Shown here piece by piece: positions 1-13,099 of a stretch of 64,000 bases of DNA. The first letter of the stretch is position 1. The number at the start of each line of letters is the position of its first letter. The notes below the pieces were generated by a model. The model was given only the letters and a program-made list of their open reading frames with translations. It made no database searches and was not told the origin of the DNA. Origin of the DNA: Octopus vulgaris (taxonomy: Eukaryota); NCBI GenBank assembly GCA_951406725.2, contig OX597814.1, positions 95,790,001 to 95,854,000 of the forward strand, read 5' to 3'. The translations under genes were made by a program, and so were the position numbers.

Positions 1-430
1 GTCAATCATATAGTTATCAATAAAAAAGGGTTCTAGAATAAAGCCTTGAAGGACACCAAGTGGGGCAAGGTAGATGAGATAACATTGTAAGGTAATTGTG
101 GAACAGTTGATATCTTTGATTTCTAATTCTATAATAATATAATGTAGAGAGTAAAACATCGTGATCCCAGAGTTTCAAAAGTTTTTCAAATGTCCCTGAA
201 TATTCCAAGTGGTGTTTTAATCTTTTTCATTCATTTCTGATAAATATTTTCACAATCAGTTCTATAGGTGCATACTGTGCAGAATGATTTCTATGCAAAT
301 TATATTGATTTTTGAAACGAATATAATTTTTATTCAGAAAGGGGTGAAGTTGCAAAAAGATAGTTTTTGCAAATACTTTAGGTATATTGGGAAGCAGAGA
401 AATTGGTTGATCAAAAATAGTTTGTTTTGT
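1..430 (-). mobile_element. Decayed CR1/L2-group non-LTR retrotransposon reverse transcriptase fragment
   Basis: Minus-strand translation gives DQPISLLPNIPKVFAKTIFLQLHPFLNKNY...NQY..RNHSAQYA..EL and DHDVLLSTLYYY. These match the YRPISLL / NQYGFR / DHxILLxKL motifs of LINE RTs. Frameshifted. Confidence 0.75.
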
Positions 431-1013
431 TATCTTTTTATAACATATAAATAATTTTTGTGGTTTTTAATGGGTGAGGGAAAACTCAGATTTGGAAGGA
501 TTAACAACTAAGTAAAAAAAGAAATTGTGCTAGTATACTTTTAAGAACTGGAGAAGACAATCTGCTGTTATAACTAGAGCACTACATTAGTGCTAAATCA
601 TTCATTATGTTTTTGCTTTTTTAGTTTTCTCTACAGATATAGGCTTAAAAATTGATGTTGTAGTGGCAGAATGCACTTTGTCTAAAAGTTACCAATAGCT
701 TTTAGAGAAAAATTTGAGTGTGTTTGCAAAAATATATCCTATACTATAGAAATATTTTTATTAAAATTTTCAGTTTTGTTTGAAACTTTGAAGTCTTTAT
801 CATCACAAATAAAGCAAATAATCAAGGCATACATTTAGTTTCATTTTCTTATTTAGAGTTTCATTGATATATGCAGGCATGGCCTTGTGGTAAGATATTT
901 GCTTCTCAGCCACATGGTTTCAAATGTTTTCTATTATAGTGTCGGGCTGACCAAAGCCTTGTAAGTGGATCTGGCAGATGGAAAGTGAAAGAGTTTGTGT
1001 ATGTATATATACA

Positions 1014-1313
1014 TACGAGGTGGTATCAAAATGATCCTGGACTAGTTACGTTTAATAAAAAAACTTATTTACCTAAGTTTTAACATCATCTCCTTCGAAA
1101 TAGTCACCTTGTGCAGCAATACACTGGTCCCAGCGTTCCAACCACTTTTGGAATCCAGCCTGGAAGTCGTTTTCTGTGAGTCGAGGATCTTCTGCAATTT
1201 GGTCTGGACCTCGACAACAGTGTTAAAATGGTGACAGCTGAGTTGCATTTTCATCTTGGAGAAGAGATGGATGTCTGCAAGTGCTAAATCTTGTGAATAG
1301 ATGGGTACATAAA
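1014..1313 (-). mobile_element. Mariner transposon 3' fragment (transposase C-terminus + TIR)
   Basis: IYSQDLALADIHLFSKMK is a degenerate YSPDLAPxDFHLF motif, followed by WLERWDQCIAAQGDYFEG in another frame. Terminus TACGAGGTGGTATCAAAA is mariner-TIR-like. Confidence 0.8.
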
Positions 1314-1986
1314 TGTTGTAGGGAATTAGTAATAATGGTACACTCCTCCCACGTGACAAGCAGTATGAGATGTCACTATAAATAGGAGAGTATGAGACAG
1401 TACGAGAGAGTATGTGGTAGGCGGTCAGTGATAGTCGTGTCTTTACTAGTTTTACTAAGTATACTGTTCACTGAATTGGGCATTATAACAATCCAACATT
1501 ATCAGAATTATAATGGTGGCAATGAGGATTTAAACAACTCATGAGGAATTAATAAACTTGATGAGGATAAACCCATTCACGTGGACTTAATAGAAACTTG
1601 AAGAAGAGTTAATAAACTCACAAAGTTTTGTTGTGTGAAGTTTATGAAAAAAGTCAAAAAATTATGGAAAATTTGTTGGCCAGTTTTCTTGAGTTGCAAA
1701 AACAGCAACAAAAGCTGAAAGAACACCAGCAGGAGCTACAACTGCAAGAACAACAGCTGAAGCAACAACAACATCACCAACAACAGTAGCAGATACAACT
1801 GTAAGAGCAACAACAGAAGCAATAACAACAACCAATAATATTACAGCAACAAATGCTGCAATTACTGAAGTCTTCAGGAAAGTAAGAAAAAGTGTTCACG
1901 ACAGACTATGTCACAAACTCCATAACAGAATTCAAATACGAACCTGACAAAGGAGTTACCTTGAAGCATACTGCAGAGAATACAAG

Positions 1987-1990
<4 letters not shown>
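1314..1990 (+). mobile_element. Gypsy-like LTR retrotransposon 5' remnant (putative LTR, PBS-like TGG, Gln-rich gag start)
   Basis: TG start at 1314 (TGTTGTAGGG) with a TATAAAA box and TGGTGGCAATGAGG at ~1514. Decayed ORF from 1664 reads MENLLASFLELQKQQQ...QQQMLQLL..VFTTDYVTNSITEFKYEPDKGVT, resembling the Gypsy gag N-terminus. Confidence 0.55.
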
Positions 1991-2036
<46 letters not shown>

Positions 2037-2064
2037 TACATATATACATACATACATATATATA

Positions 2065-3480
2065 TCATCATCATCATTATCATCATCACCACCATTGTTT
2101 AACGTCCATTTTCCATGCTAGCATGGGTTGGATGGTTTGACCGGGGTCTGGGAAGCCAGGAAGCTGCACCAGGCTCCAGTCTGATCTAGCAGTGCTTCTA
2201 TAGCTGGATGCCCTTCCTAATGCCAACCACTCTGTGAGTGAAGTGGGTGCTTTTTACATACCACCGGCACAGGGGCCAGAGGACGCTGGCAATGGCTATG
2301 ATTGGTTGGTTCTTTTTACGTGCCACCGGCACGGAAGCCAGTCGAGGCAGTGCTGGCATCAGCCATGTTCGGATGGTGCTTTTTATGTGCCACCGGCATG
2401 GGTATCACAACTACATTTGATATTGATGTACTTGACTCAATAGGTCTCCTCAAGCACAGCAGGTTGCTCTATGATCCAAGGTAAGCACAGCAGGTTGCCC
2501 TACGATCCATGGTACTTTTGAATGGGCTGGGGCTGGTTGTGTGAAGCTGGTGTAGGATACAGCCATGAACTTACTTTATTTGTTGGGTCTTCGCAGTCAC
2601 AGCATATCTCCAGAGGTCTCGGCCTTTCGTCATTGCCTCTGTGAGGCCCAACATTCGAAGGTCATACTTGACCACCTCATCCCATGTCTTCCTGGGTCTA
2701 CCTTTACCCTGGATTCCTTCAACTGTTTGGGAGTGGTACTTCTTCACATATCTCTCCTCATCCACCTGTAGTACATGACCATTCTAGCACAAACGTCTCT
2801 CTTGCACGCCACATCTGATGCTTCTGATGTCCAACATTTATCTCAGGGTGCTTATACTCTGTTGTGTGTGCACACTGACATTACACATCCAGCGGATCAT
2901 GCTAGCTTCTAGTTTCTCCTCCTGGAGTGTGATGGAACCTGTTTTCTGAGCATCTGTGGTGTTTATTGCCTCTGTGCATCTGTCACACATGAAAGCTATC
3001 TTCTCGGTTATTCTTTCTTTGATGTTGCTGCACTACTTATGTGTCCATAGCTTACACTTGGTACATCTTATGGAGTTTCTACACCTATACCTTTTCTACA
3101 GATTGAGCAGGCGGTGTGTGATGTGTTCGCCTTCCTACTTACTAGAACTTCGGTCTTTGCTACATTGATTCTAAACCTTGCTTCCACATCCGAAATTTCT
3201 TTTCTAGTTCCAGTAGTGATTCTGCTATGATCGCCAGGTCATCAGCATAGAGGAGCTCCCAGGAGCAACCCGTTTTGAATGTTGTTGCCTGGAGGACTAT
3301 GGTGAATAAAAGGGAACAGAAGGCTGAACCTTGGTGGAACCCAACTTCTACCCAGATTTCTTCACTATACTTGTTGCCAGTCCTAACCTTACTAAAGGCC
3401 TCTCTGTATAGGGCCTGTACAGCCCTTATTAACCATTTGTCAGTTTCCAGTTTCCGCATCGCCCACCAGATAAGGGATCA
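2065..3480 (-). mobile_element. RTE-clade LINE 3' portion (RT C-terminus, 3' UTR, (CAT)n tail)
   Basis: ORF 3160-3459 contains VGFHQGSAFCSLLFTIVLQ...WELLYADDL. ORF 2571-2765 contains GKGRPRKTWDEVVKYDL. A (CAT)n tail lies at ~2065-2095. Confidence 0.9.
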
Positions 3481-3649
3481 AAGGCTAAATCCAGGCTACA
3501 TAGGTTTCCTAGCTTACAGATCCTCTATTGAAATAATTACTCATTGAAGGGTACTCTGCTATCTACTCATCGGGTCAATGATACCTTAATTATATGAAGG
3601 TTACATTGTTGTTAAGGAATCCCAAGTTAACTTGCTGAAGACATATTTC

Positions 3650-3650
3650 A

Positions 3651-3686
<36 letters not shown>

Positions 3687-3815
3687 TGTATGTATGTATG
3701 TATGTATGTATGTATGTATGTATGTATGTATGTGTGCATGTGTGCGTGCATGTGTTTGTGCATGCATGCATGTATGTATGTATATTTATATATCTATACA
3801 TACATATATATATAT
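3650..3815. repeat. (TATG)n / (TA)n / (TG)n compound microsatellite
   Basis: Directly visible tandem TATG array; it explains several spurious ORFs. Confidence 0.95.
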
Positions 3816-3889
3816 CTTTTGGGTGAAAAAATTTTTGTTACAATTGTTATTGATATTTTGTTGTTTTTTGTTGTTTGTTTCTTCTCAAG

Positions 3890-4175
3890 CCATACATGGC
3901 TCATAACGGCTTGTTTCCTGGTTTCATTAGTGTATAGGTTCCCCACCTGGACAAGACACCAATCTGTTGAAAGTGAGCAACTAGATGCAAGAGGAAAGAG
4001 CGAGAGAAGGTTGTGGCAAAGGAGTCAGCAGAAGTTCATCATTACCTTCTGCCAAAGCCATATGGAGCTTAGGTGTTTCACTCCATAAACACACACATCA
4101 CTCAGTCTGAGATTTGAATCCACAATTCCCGGACTGTGAGTCTGATGCTGTAACCACTAGGCCATGTGCCTCCAC
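3890..4175 (-). mobile_element. tRNA-derived SINE (same family as 60146-60453)
   Basis: Reverse complement begins GGAGGCACATGGCCTAGTGGTTA (A box) with a GATTCAAATC B-box-like element. The body resembles 60146-60453. Confidence 0.7.
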
Positions 4176-4947
4176 TATTGATATTTTATAGCAAGCAAAA
4201 TCGTGTGATTAATATTGTGTCTGTTTCTCATTTGTTATTACTCTATTTGAAATGTTTTGATCTTTGATGTCAAGATTTTTTCAGCAATCAGCAAATATTT
4301 TAGCTTTGGCTTTAGTGTTACTTTGTTATTAGAGTAAAGCTATCTATTGAGTTTTTGTTATGTTTTGGTATTAATTATAGGTTCTAGTTACAGGAAAGTT
4401 CCACATGAAATGGCTGCATTAACAACCAATGATTATTTTATTTCTGTGATATAAATGAATAGCAATGGTTCCTTATATATGTATGCTTAGTCAGTGAGAA
4501 AGTGTAGTACTTGTGTCTCTGTTGCAACATTTTTCATAAGAACTTTTAAATAATACTATTTTCCATGTTTGCATGCTTTTTGCTTTCAGGCTTTCCTCTT
4601 CATTCCTAATTCATTGAATACAATCCTATATTACATATTTTACATCAAAAACTGATTATCATATAATTGCCTATAATTACAGATTTATCTATCAGTGATT
4701 TAACTCATTGTTTTGAACACATTCCCCATGCACCAATCTTTACGATTAATAAAAAATTTCATCAACTTTTAACTACATGAATACACTTGTGTATTATGAC
4801 AGTAAAATAGAATATTTATCACTTTGCATGTGTATCTCATATAGCTAAGAATATCCCACAAAAATACGTGTCTGACTAAAAATATGATGCTATTTGTAAC
4901 TTCTTTAAATTTCATATTATCTTAACTTAGGGTAGTACATCACGTAA

Positions 4948-5285
4948 AGGCACATGGCTCAGTGGTTGGAATGTTGGGCTCACAATCATGAGTTTGATCC
5001 CCAGGCTGGACTGTGAGTTTTGTTCTTGAGTAAGACACTTTATTTCACATTACTCCAATTCACTCAGCTGTAGAAATGAGTTGTGATGTTACTGGTATCC
5101 AAGCTGTATTGACCTTTACCATTCCCTTGGATAACATTGGTGACATGGAGAGGGGAGGCTGGTACGCATTGGTGACTGCTGGTCTTCCATAAACAACTTT
5201 GCCCAGACTTATGCCTTGGAGAGTAACTTTCTAGGGGCAATCCCATGGTCATTCATGACTGAAGGGGGTCTTTACCCTTTACCCT
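4948..5285 (+). mobile_element. tRNA-derived SINE
   Basis: GGCACATGGCTCAGTGGTT head. The body recurs at 43030-43380 (-) and 50520-50830 (+). Confidence 0.8.
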
Positions 5286-5431
5286 ATGTACATATAATGG
5301 CATAGAAAGGGGAGGCAGGTATGCATGGACAACTGCCGGTCTTCCATAAACAACCTTGCCCAGACTTGTCCCATGCTCATTCATCACTGAAGGGGTCTTT
5401 ACCCTAGTATATCACAAATTTGTTTTATAAT

Positions 5432-5830
5432 TAACTAGCAGTATCGCATGGCATTACTCAGGTTTGTTTCAACCCTTTAGAATTGGAATTTTTGAAAAGT
5501 AAAAATTTTGCATTATGTAGCTTGTTATTCTCTTTAAGTGAACATTTTTCTGGTTGAAATAAACTGTAAAATGGCGACACAGCAGTAAAAAAAATCGTAA
5601 AAAATAAGGATTTTCATAGAAAAAAAAGCACCTTTTTTATGTAAATAATTTTTGGTCTTAACATGGACCGATTTGAATTTTTTCTTCTACAGAAGGAAGA
5701 GCAAGCCTCCTTCTATCATACTCTCAATTTTGGTCAACTTGTGCCACAGGGTCTCGGAGGAGATAGTGTTAGTTGAAGGCTACCAAACTTGCCATACACA
5801 GACAACTTCAGCTTTATATATAGAGAGATT
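5432..5830 (+). mobile_element. Putative Helentron/HINE-like non-autonomous element
   Basis: Starts AACTAGCAGTATCGCATGGCATTACTCAGG and ends CAGACAACTTCAGCTTTATATATAGAGAGAT. These termini resemble invertebrate HINE/DINE-type elements (recognition, not a search). Confidence 0.45.
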
Positions 5831-6099
5831 AAAGTTAAGACTAATATAATCCAAGAAGATACCATTATTTTCCTATCAAATGCATATTCTATTAGCATTA
5901 AAATAAGGGGAAAGAAATTATCACATTTTCCAGCAGTTACTTAATAGAGGGTGTCACTCTTGAAAAGTTAAAAGTATGAATTACTATTAATTTCTACATG
6001 TGTTTTAATTGATGTTGGAAATGATAATCATGATGCTTATACATTTGATTTAAAGAATGATTTGGAGAAAAAGAAGGTAACCACGTGATTTTATCTACC

Positions 6100-6960
6100 T
6101 TGTTAAATAATTTTCCATTCAAGTAATTTTGAAAGGACCTAAACAATGTCAATGGTGCAATGTTGGAAAACTATAGTGGATGCAGTAAGAGATACCATCC
6201 AAACTTATGCAACTTTGTGCAGGTAGCTAAGGACATATGAGGTCTGGCATTGTCTTTTTGGAACACACCTTTCTTGTTGGCTAGTTCTGGTGAATTTTTT
6301 TAATTCAGTTTCTCTACCTGGCAGTAGTACACATTGAAACTGATAGTCTGGTTGTGTAGGAATAGCTCATAAAAACATAATGCCTTTGAAATCCCACCAG
6401 ACACAAAGCATAACTTTGCACGAACATTGGTAACTCTTGCTTTAGTAACTCATATGTTACTCTTGCTTTAGTAACTCATATGTTATGTTATCATAAACAA
6501 TCTAATTTTCCTTTCCAGTCACCAATTGCTCCAAAGAAAAAAAAAAAAAAACAGGTCAATTTTATTGTTTTAAGGGTATGCAGCAGATAAAATACAGATC
6601 TATACAGTTTTTCTCTGACAAGTTGTGAGAGGCCTGCACATCATAGTGGGGAATGTACCCAAGTTCACGAAATGTTTATAAACAGTATTTTGTGGAACTT
6701 CCAACATCTCTTTGAGGTCTCAAGTCTTGATTTTTGAGCTGGTTTCAATTTTTACCTTCAAAAAGACCTTTGTGCAATTCTGAAAAGTAACATGCATCTT
6801 CTAAGCTCAAATACCCATGTTTGAATCTTACAAACCATCTCCAAATGGTTGATTCACCTATAGTACCTTCACTACATACTTCACAAATGATTTTATATGT
6901 TTCTATTGCATTTTCACCATTTTTTATAAAATAAAAGCTTATCATGCTGAAAATGCAACT
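6100..6960 (-). mobile_element. Decayed mariner transposase
   Basis: ORF 6745-6945 FIKNGENAIETYKIICEVCSEGTIGESTIWRWFVRFKHGYLSLED is a mariner HTH. A degenerate DNARPH-like region lies near 6240-6260. Confidence 0.75.
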
Positions 6961-9121
6961 TTTTGTTATCGCTGCTGACTGTGATAAAGATTAACAAAAA
7001 GAAGAAATGTGCTGATTTTTGGTTTGAGATGTAACCTTTCGGTTATCACACTGTCAGTATATCAATCATACCAACATCATAGCTGTTATATGAAACATTT
7101 AAAGGCATAACTGTTGAAATCACTCAGAGCCTCCCACACAACCCAGAGCATTGGGTGCTATTAAACTGGGTGACATGGCAATATTAAAGTAGGTGACAGA
7201 TGAAATATACCACCCAGTTTCAAATAGTATTATCTATTTTAATAGATGAATATTAGTCAATCCAGTTATTTAAATGCTGTACATTAGAGATTTACATGCA
7301 TTTAATTAGACATTTCATTACTTATGTTCATACTGATGTAGTGATGAGAAGATAAATTACCGTGACTCAGGAATAGGAATATACATAATTAATAATGAAT
7401 TACAATGCTCCTTTACATGCATAAACAGTTAAAAGATACAATTAATCTATTTTGTATATTACAGAGCAAATGAAACATCATAGTGAATATATTTTCATCT
7501 TAATAAATATAATATTCAATATAAACTAATTATTTCATACATAAAATAGCTGTGATATTGCAAAAGAAAAAAAAATGTAAACCATCCTGCAAACAAGTCT
7601 TATTGATTAATATCTCATCTTAATTATAGAGTATGCCTGTATTTAGAATTAATAATATATTGCAATTGTTTGTATGCTTAAAAACAACAGTGGGGCTCAG
7701 TGATCATTTTCCATGCTATAAAATGTGAAATGCATTCTAAGATATATTACATGACAGTAGCATAGCACTGGTCAGTATCACATTGCAAATAACAACTAGA
7801 TTGCAATTATAGGGAAGTAGTGTAGTAGAAGAACTACATAATTGATGCCTCCTTAGGTTTCAGAACAGCCTTTAAGCCCTAAAGCCTCAAAACATTTAAT
7901 AAGTTGCAACAAAAAATGGACAGTAGTCATTTCATGTAAATTCAATAAGATTTATATGTGGTAGTTAGTGCTAGAATGCTTAAATTTTAAAAGGTTAAAA
8001 TTTTTTTATTTATATATCATTTAGCACGTGAAATACTCATAATCTTTTAAGACTTTTGGTATTGGTATAGGTATGGTTGAGTAGAGTTAGTGCATTTAGT
8101 ACATTCATTTTGAATTATCATAGATAAATAATTGATAGGAAAACATCAGTGAGGAGAGAATTCCAGAAAAAAGATTGGGACAAAATTCAAAATCAGGAAA
8201 GTGAGGTACAATAGAGTTTAAGTAGCAAAGGGGTACAGTACAGTAATGAGTGGAGTTAGGAGGAAGCAGTAGAGTCAGGAAATTCAGAGGAACAAACCTG
8301 TTTTAGTAACAGAGGCAAAGGAGATATATCTTGACATTGAGCCAGTTGTTGGAAAATATTGGCATGGACTTATTTATCAGTGAGACCATTTTTTAAAAAT
8401 GCAATCTAGGGTGTGTGTTGTTGCATGTGGATGGTAGGTACACTCTAAGTGTGAGAGAAGTTCTCTAGTAGAAGATGTGTTTGAATTTTGTCAAATATCG
8501 GCAGCTATACAGTAACGAAAGATATTCTACTTGTGAGGAGGAAACCAAGGTTTTATGTAAAAGTTTGTGAAAACAGTTTTGCATATTTTGTTGCTATCAT
8601 ATTTGATTATCATGGTGTTCAACTGATAGTTATTTTATAGACCCAACAAGGATGAAAGACAAAGCCAACTTTATCAAGATTTGAACCCAGAACATAAAGA
8701 GCCAGAAGAAATAAAGCAAAGCATTTTGTCTGGCGATGATTCTACCAACTTGCTGCTTTAGAGACACCTATCACATTGGTTTCAAAGTTTGGTACAATTA
8801 CATCCACTCTAGTGCTCAATTGGTATTTATTTTATCAACCCCAAAAGAATGGATGGCAAAGTTGACCTCAGTAGCATTTGAACTCAAAACATAAAGATGG
8901 ATAAACTGCAGCTAAGCATTTTGCCTGGTTTGCTGATGACGCTGACAGTTTGCCACCCTAGAAACAACTATCTTGTTAACAATATTTTAGTAGACTCAGC
9001 TAAATTTCCTTCAGCTGTTCCAGGTAATATTTTAAAACATTCATATTGATAAAACAGCTTGAATCTTGTTTATGTTTTGATCAATTTTGAAGTATGTTTT
9101 ATTTCATGGAATGCACATGTC

Positions 9122-9312
9122 CAGTAAGTTCACCATCATCAATTTACCGTGGGAAAAGTTTACTGTCATCAACTCACCATTGTTTTTTTTTTGTTTTTTT
9201 TTTGCAATAAAATACTTTTTAACTATTAATGGTGAAATACTATGGATATATTTTCTTGGTAAACTTTCCTTGGAGTGAACTTGGAGTGAATTGATGGTGG
9301 TGAACTTACTTG
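9122..9312. repeat. Palindromic MITE-like foldback
   Basis: CAGTAAGTTCACCATCATCAATTTAC at 9122 is the near reverse complement of GTGAATTGATGGTGGTGAACTTACTTG ending ~9312. Confidence 0.6.
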
Positions 9313-9737
9313 TAATCTGAAACGCATGCTAAGAAAACTGCAAGTCTACTTGTTTAAATCTCAGGCATATTTACAAACATGCTAATACATTTACATTCAT
9401 AATCTATTAAGTTAGAAACAAAGTACTGATACATTTGAAGATGAGAAAGAAACAAATGCTTCTTTGGCCTTAATTGATATATTTCCTCTCATAGGTATAT
9501 ATTCTCTCATTAGATATATTTCCTGGCTACTTGTTATTATTAAGCAAGTAGTAGTCAGACAATACTAACCACTATATATATATATATATACATATATAGT
9601 GAGAAGTTGAGGTTGTAATAGATAATGGTGTCATTGAGACCCAAAGGTGTCAGGTAATGCTGAATAAGTTCTATAGACAGACCATAGTTAAGTTCCAGAT
9701 TCGGTAATATTGCGAATATACATATTCCTCTCTCACC

Positions 9738-9792
9738 GTCTCCGATGAAGGGATATCATTATTAATTAATATTTTAGAAACAGCTGTAAGAC
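9738..9792 (+). ncRNA. Minimal type-I hammerhead ribozyme-like motif (Penelope terminal-repeat type)
   Basis: GTCT-CCGATGA-[AGGGATAT...ATATTTTA]-GAAA-CAGCTG-TA-AGAC. Stem I is GTCT/AGAC and the stem III loop is palindromic. The core has U4C and stem II is degenerate. Confidence 0.6.
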
Positions 9793-9874
9793 CTTCTATA
9801 TATAAATGCTCTAATATCTACACAGCCTTGGGTTTTTTTATCTCATTACGAAAAAAATTCAATATATATATATA

Positions 9875-9928
<54 letters not shown>

Positions 9929-10289
9929 GTGGTGGTACTCCAGCATGGTCACAACCTTAGGGCTGAAGCATAAAGAAAGAATAAAAGAAACATTACAAGG
10001 AAAGTTTACAGTTTGTGTGGGGGTTTACATAAAAGATGAAGTGGTGAGAAAAGAAGGAAACTAGATAAAAGTATATACAGTGTTCAGAATACGTAAACAC
10101 ATGTTGCAGTCCTCCTGATACAGGGGAACCTTTAAATAGGATCAATCAAGGAACATCACAGATCCAGGATTGCCCTGACCCCCAGGGGCACAAGCCCCCA
10201 CCCAGCTGTCATTCTCCAACCTACAGACACATAATCATGACATTTATTTTTAAATCCTGTACAAATTCACAAGGAAGGGATATTCAATT

Positions 10290-10645
10290 ATAGGCAAAGG
10301 AAGCAAAGTGGCCGGGTTCCTTTCAAGCGTTGGGCCTCACAGAGGCAATGACTGAGACCTTTGGTATTATGCTGTGCTTGAGAAGAAGACCCATCAAGCT
10401 GAGCAAAATCGTAGTCATGGACAGATAATGGTGTCATGCAAATGGCGCCTGTGCCGGTGGCACATAAAAGCACCCATTACACTCTTGGAATGGTTCATGT
10501 TAAGAAGGGCATCCAGCCATAGAAAACCATACCAAATCAGACTGGAGTCTGGTGCAGCCTTCCAGCTTGCCAGCCCTGGTCAAACTGTCCAACCTATGCT
10601 AGCATGGACAGTGGATGCTAAATGATGATGATGATGATGATGTAT
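10290..10645 (+). mobile_element. RTE LINE 3' end with (GAT)n tail
   Basis: GGCCTCACAGAGGCAATGAC...CATGCTAGCATGG...(GAT)n, same as the other RTE 3' ends in the window. Confidence 0.8.
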
Positions 10646-10694
10646 GTATGTATGCATACATGCATACATGCATGTTGATAACAATATTCAAATA

Positions 10695-11333
10695 GGATCT
10701 TTACCTTTTGACCTACAAATTTAAAAAATAAATTTTTGTAACTAAACACTTTCAAACTTCGGACACTGGTAGAATGTGTCATATAAAACATATTTTACTC
10801 TTAGCATTTTTTAGAAAAACTTATATTTACAAAGTTATTTCATGTTAAAGTTCTCATATTTCAGTAAATTCAACCAATCAATGACATGTATTCAGCTGAA
10901 TGAAATTACTGCTGTTGTTTGTCAACAAGAACTTCCAGTGGTGTATATTTTGTTTGTCACTGTTATTTATGACAACCCTAACCCTAACACCTTAACCCTA
11001 AAATCCTAACCCTAACCCTAAAACCTTAAGAGCAGTACAAACGCACGAATGATGTCATAAATAACAGTGACAAACGAAAAATACACCACCGACAGTTGTT
11101 GTTGACAAACAACAGCAGTAATTTTATTCAGCTGAATATACATCATTGATTGGTTGAAATTATAGAAATATGAGAACTTTAACGTGAAATAACTTAGTAA
11201 ATATAAGTTTTTCTCAAAAATGCTAAGGGTAAAAGATGTTTTATATGACACATTCTACCAGTGTCCAAAGTTTGAAAGTGTTTAGTTACAAAAAATTATT
11301 TTTTAAATCTGTAGGTCAAATGGTAAAAGATCC
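10695..11333. mobile_element. Merlin-like MITE with ~280-bp TIRs, 8-bp TSD and central telomere-like repeats
   Basis: Termini GGATCTTTACC...GGTAAAAGATCC. TTCAAATA is duplicated at 10687-10694 and 11334-11341. GG termini plus an 8-bp TSD fit Merlin/IS1016. Confidence 0.8.
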
Positions 11334-13099
11334 TTCAAATATAGTATATTAATTATTTTGATTGTTAAAATTCTTTTAAGAAATGCTGATGCTGAGATTT
11401 GAAAGACTGGTTTAACAAATTCCTGCCTTTTGTTAGATAAAATGGAAAACGGAAAAATATAACTCAAGAATATTAGATAAAAATATGAATTTATTAAACA
11501 ATGATTGAACAAGCCAACTATATTTGCAAAGGAAGACTCAGAAGTCTGGTATAAACAGAAGTTGCAAAGCAAATTTACTTTATATATGGAAATGAAGTGA
11601 CATTCTTTAAATAAGATATGTTAGTTTGTGACAATCAGTTGCCAAAGTGTTCATGTCTTTATACATAGAAAGGACACAACAAATGATGTTTTATTTACAT
11701 CATATGAATTTTACAGTCAGGAAGATGGATCATTTACACAGAAGAAACAGAAAAAGAAAAAAATTCTGCAGCAATCATTTATGCTCCTCATATAGCAGCT
11801 AATGGGAGAACAGTATTCTGGCAGCCATTTTGGATATACAAAGTAGAATTCAAAGAATCTCTCTCTTAACGCTTTTTACCTCACTTTGACAAAATGGTTG
11901 CAACTTTGCTACTCTTACCAGTAAACTTAACAAAAGCCGTAGAAGCAGAAAAGGCTGTTTGTCCAATCACACTTCCCCTATCTTAAATTACAAGACATGT
12001 TTATGCTGGACAAGAAATTAATTTACTGTATCTTATTTCCTGCCAGTTTTCTATCTCAAGAATGTTAATTTTCTCTCCTTTTTTTTTTAAACCCCAGTGC
12101 TTTCACCATGTGTGAAAGTGCTAGAGTTAAAAGGCCAACCTTTGACAGAATAACATAGAACACTATTTTCTGTGGCACATACATCACACCATTAACTTTA
12201 TTAACTTTGCAAACAGGTATTTCCGGTAACACATTTCATTCAAACTTTATTTTATTAATATCCTATTTTGGAAGAACATGTACTGTTTGGCTACTTTAAA
12301 TTAAAGTACCACTTAAAATGGAAGAGGTTTGCATCCTGAAGACATGTGGGGAATGAAGAAAAATTAAAATTAAGCTTTTTTCCCTTTGATCTCAGTCATT
12401 CTTTAGTATGTGTCTTCTAAAAAGTGAACTTGATACACATTATATTCTTGTGTAGATTCATAACAACTTGTTTGTTTCTCATCATACATTTGGGTAGCTC
12501 TTCATGGTAGTTATAACGGTTTCATAAAAGCTGTTTGCTGATTGGTTATCTAATTCTTTTTTTTTGTGCTTGTACAGAGAAAAGCAAGCTTTGAAAATAA
12601 TTCCTCTTCAAAGTGACAAAAAAATTATTTTTATACAATTTATATATATTTAGTTTTTCATATTTCTTGTATATCTACAGACAGGCTTTTCTGCATGTTT
12701 GTGTTTTATTAGTATAGAGCAACAAATAGTCAATTCACTATGTTATTACAAGAATGCAAATTGCTGCCACCAGTCTAAATCACATAGAGACTGACCAAGT
12801 AACAGAGAGAAAGTTATGTTGTGTTATAATTACATAGATAACTGGATAAAATAAAAGGAAACTTTACTAGTGGTTTACTAATCAGGAAGCCATTATCAGA
12901 AACTGATTTGCACAGAATATTTTAAAATATGATTGGTTAAATAAAACACTAAGTAACAAATAATTTTAGAATTGAAGAGAAATAACTCAATACATTACAT
13001 CTCCCATCTTAATATGTAGGACAAATTATTTCATATATGAATAATCACAGGGGTAGACTACCTTCATGTTCTTATGGTATTATTCTGACCAGTATGAGA

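Noticed and set aside
3601-4088. ORFs rich in MYVC/YIHT repeats (also 1874-2140, 28353, 33592-34051, 35884, 37274-37522)
   Set aside because: They are translations of (TATG)n, (TA)n, (CA)n and (GAT)n microsatellites, not genes.
10974-11029. Telomeric repeats as evidence of a chromosome fusion or end
   Set aside because: Short, degenerate and inside a TSD-flanked MITE.
11750-12500. Moderately complex sequence that might be an exon or decayed transposase
   Set aside because: No open frame, splice pattern or motif I could identify; needs BLASTX.
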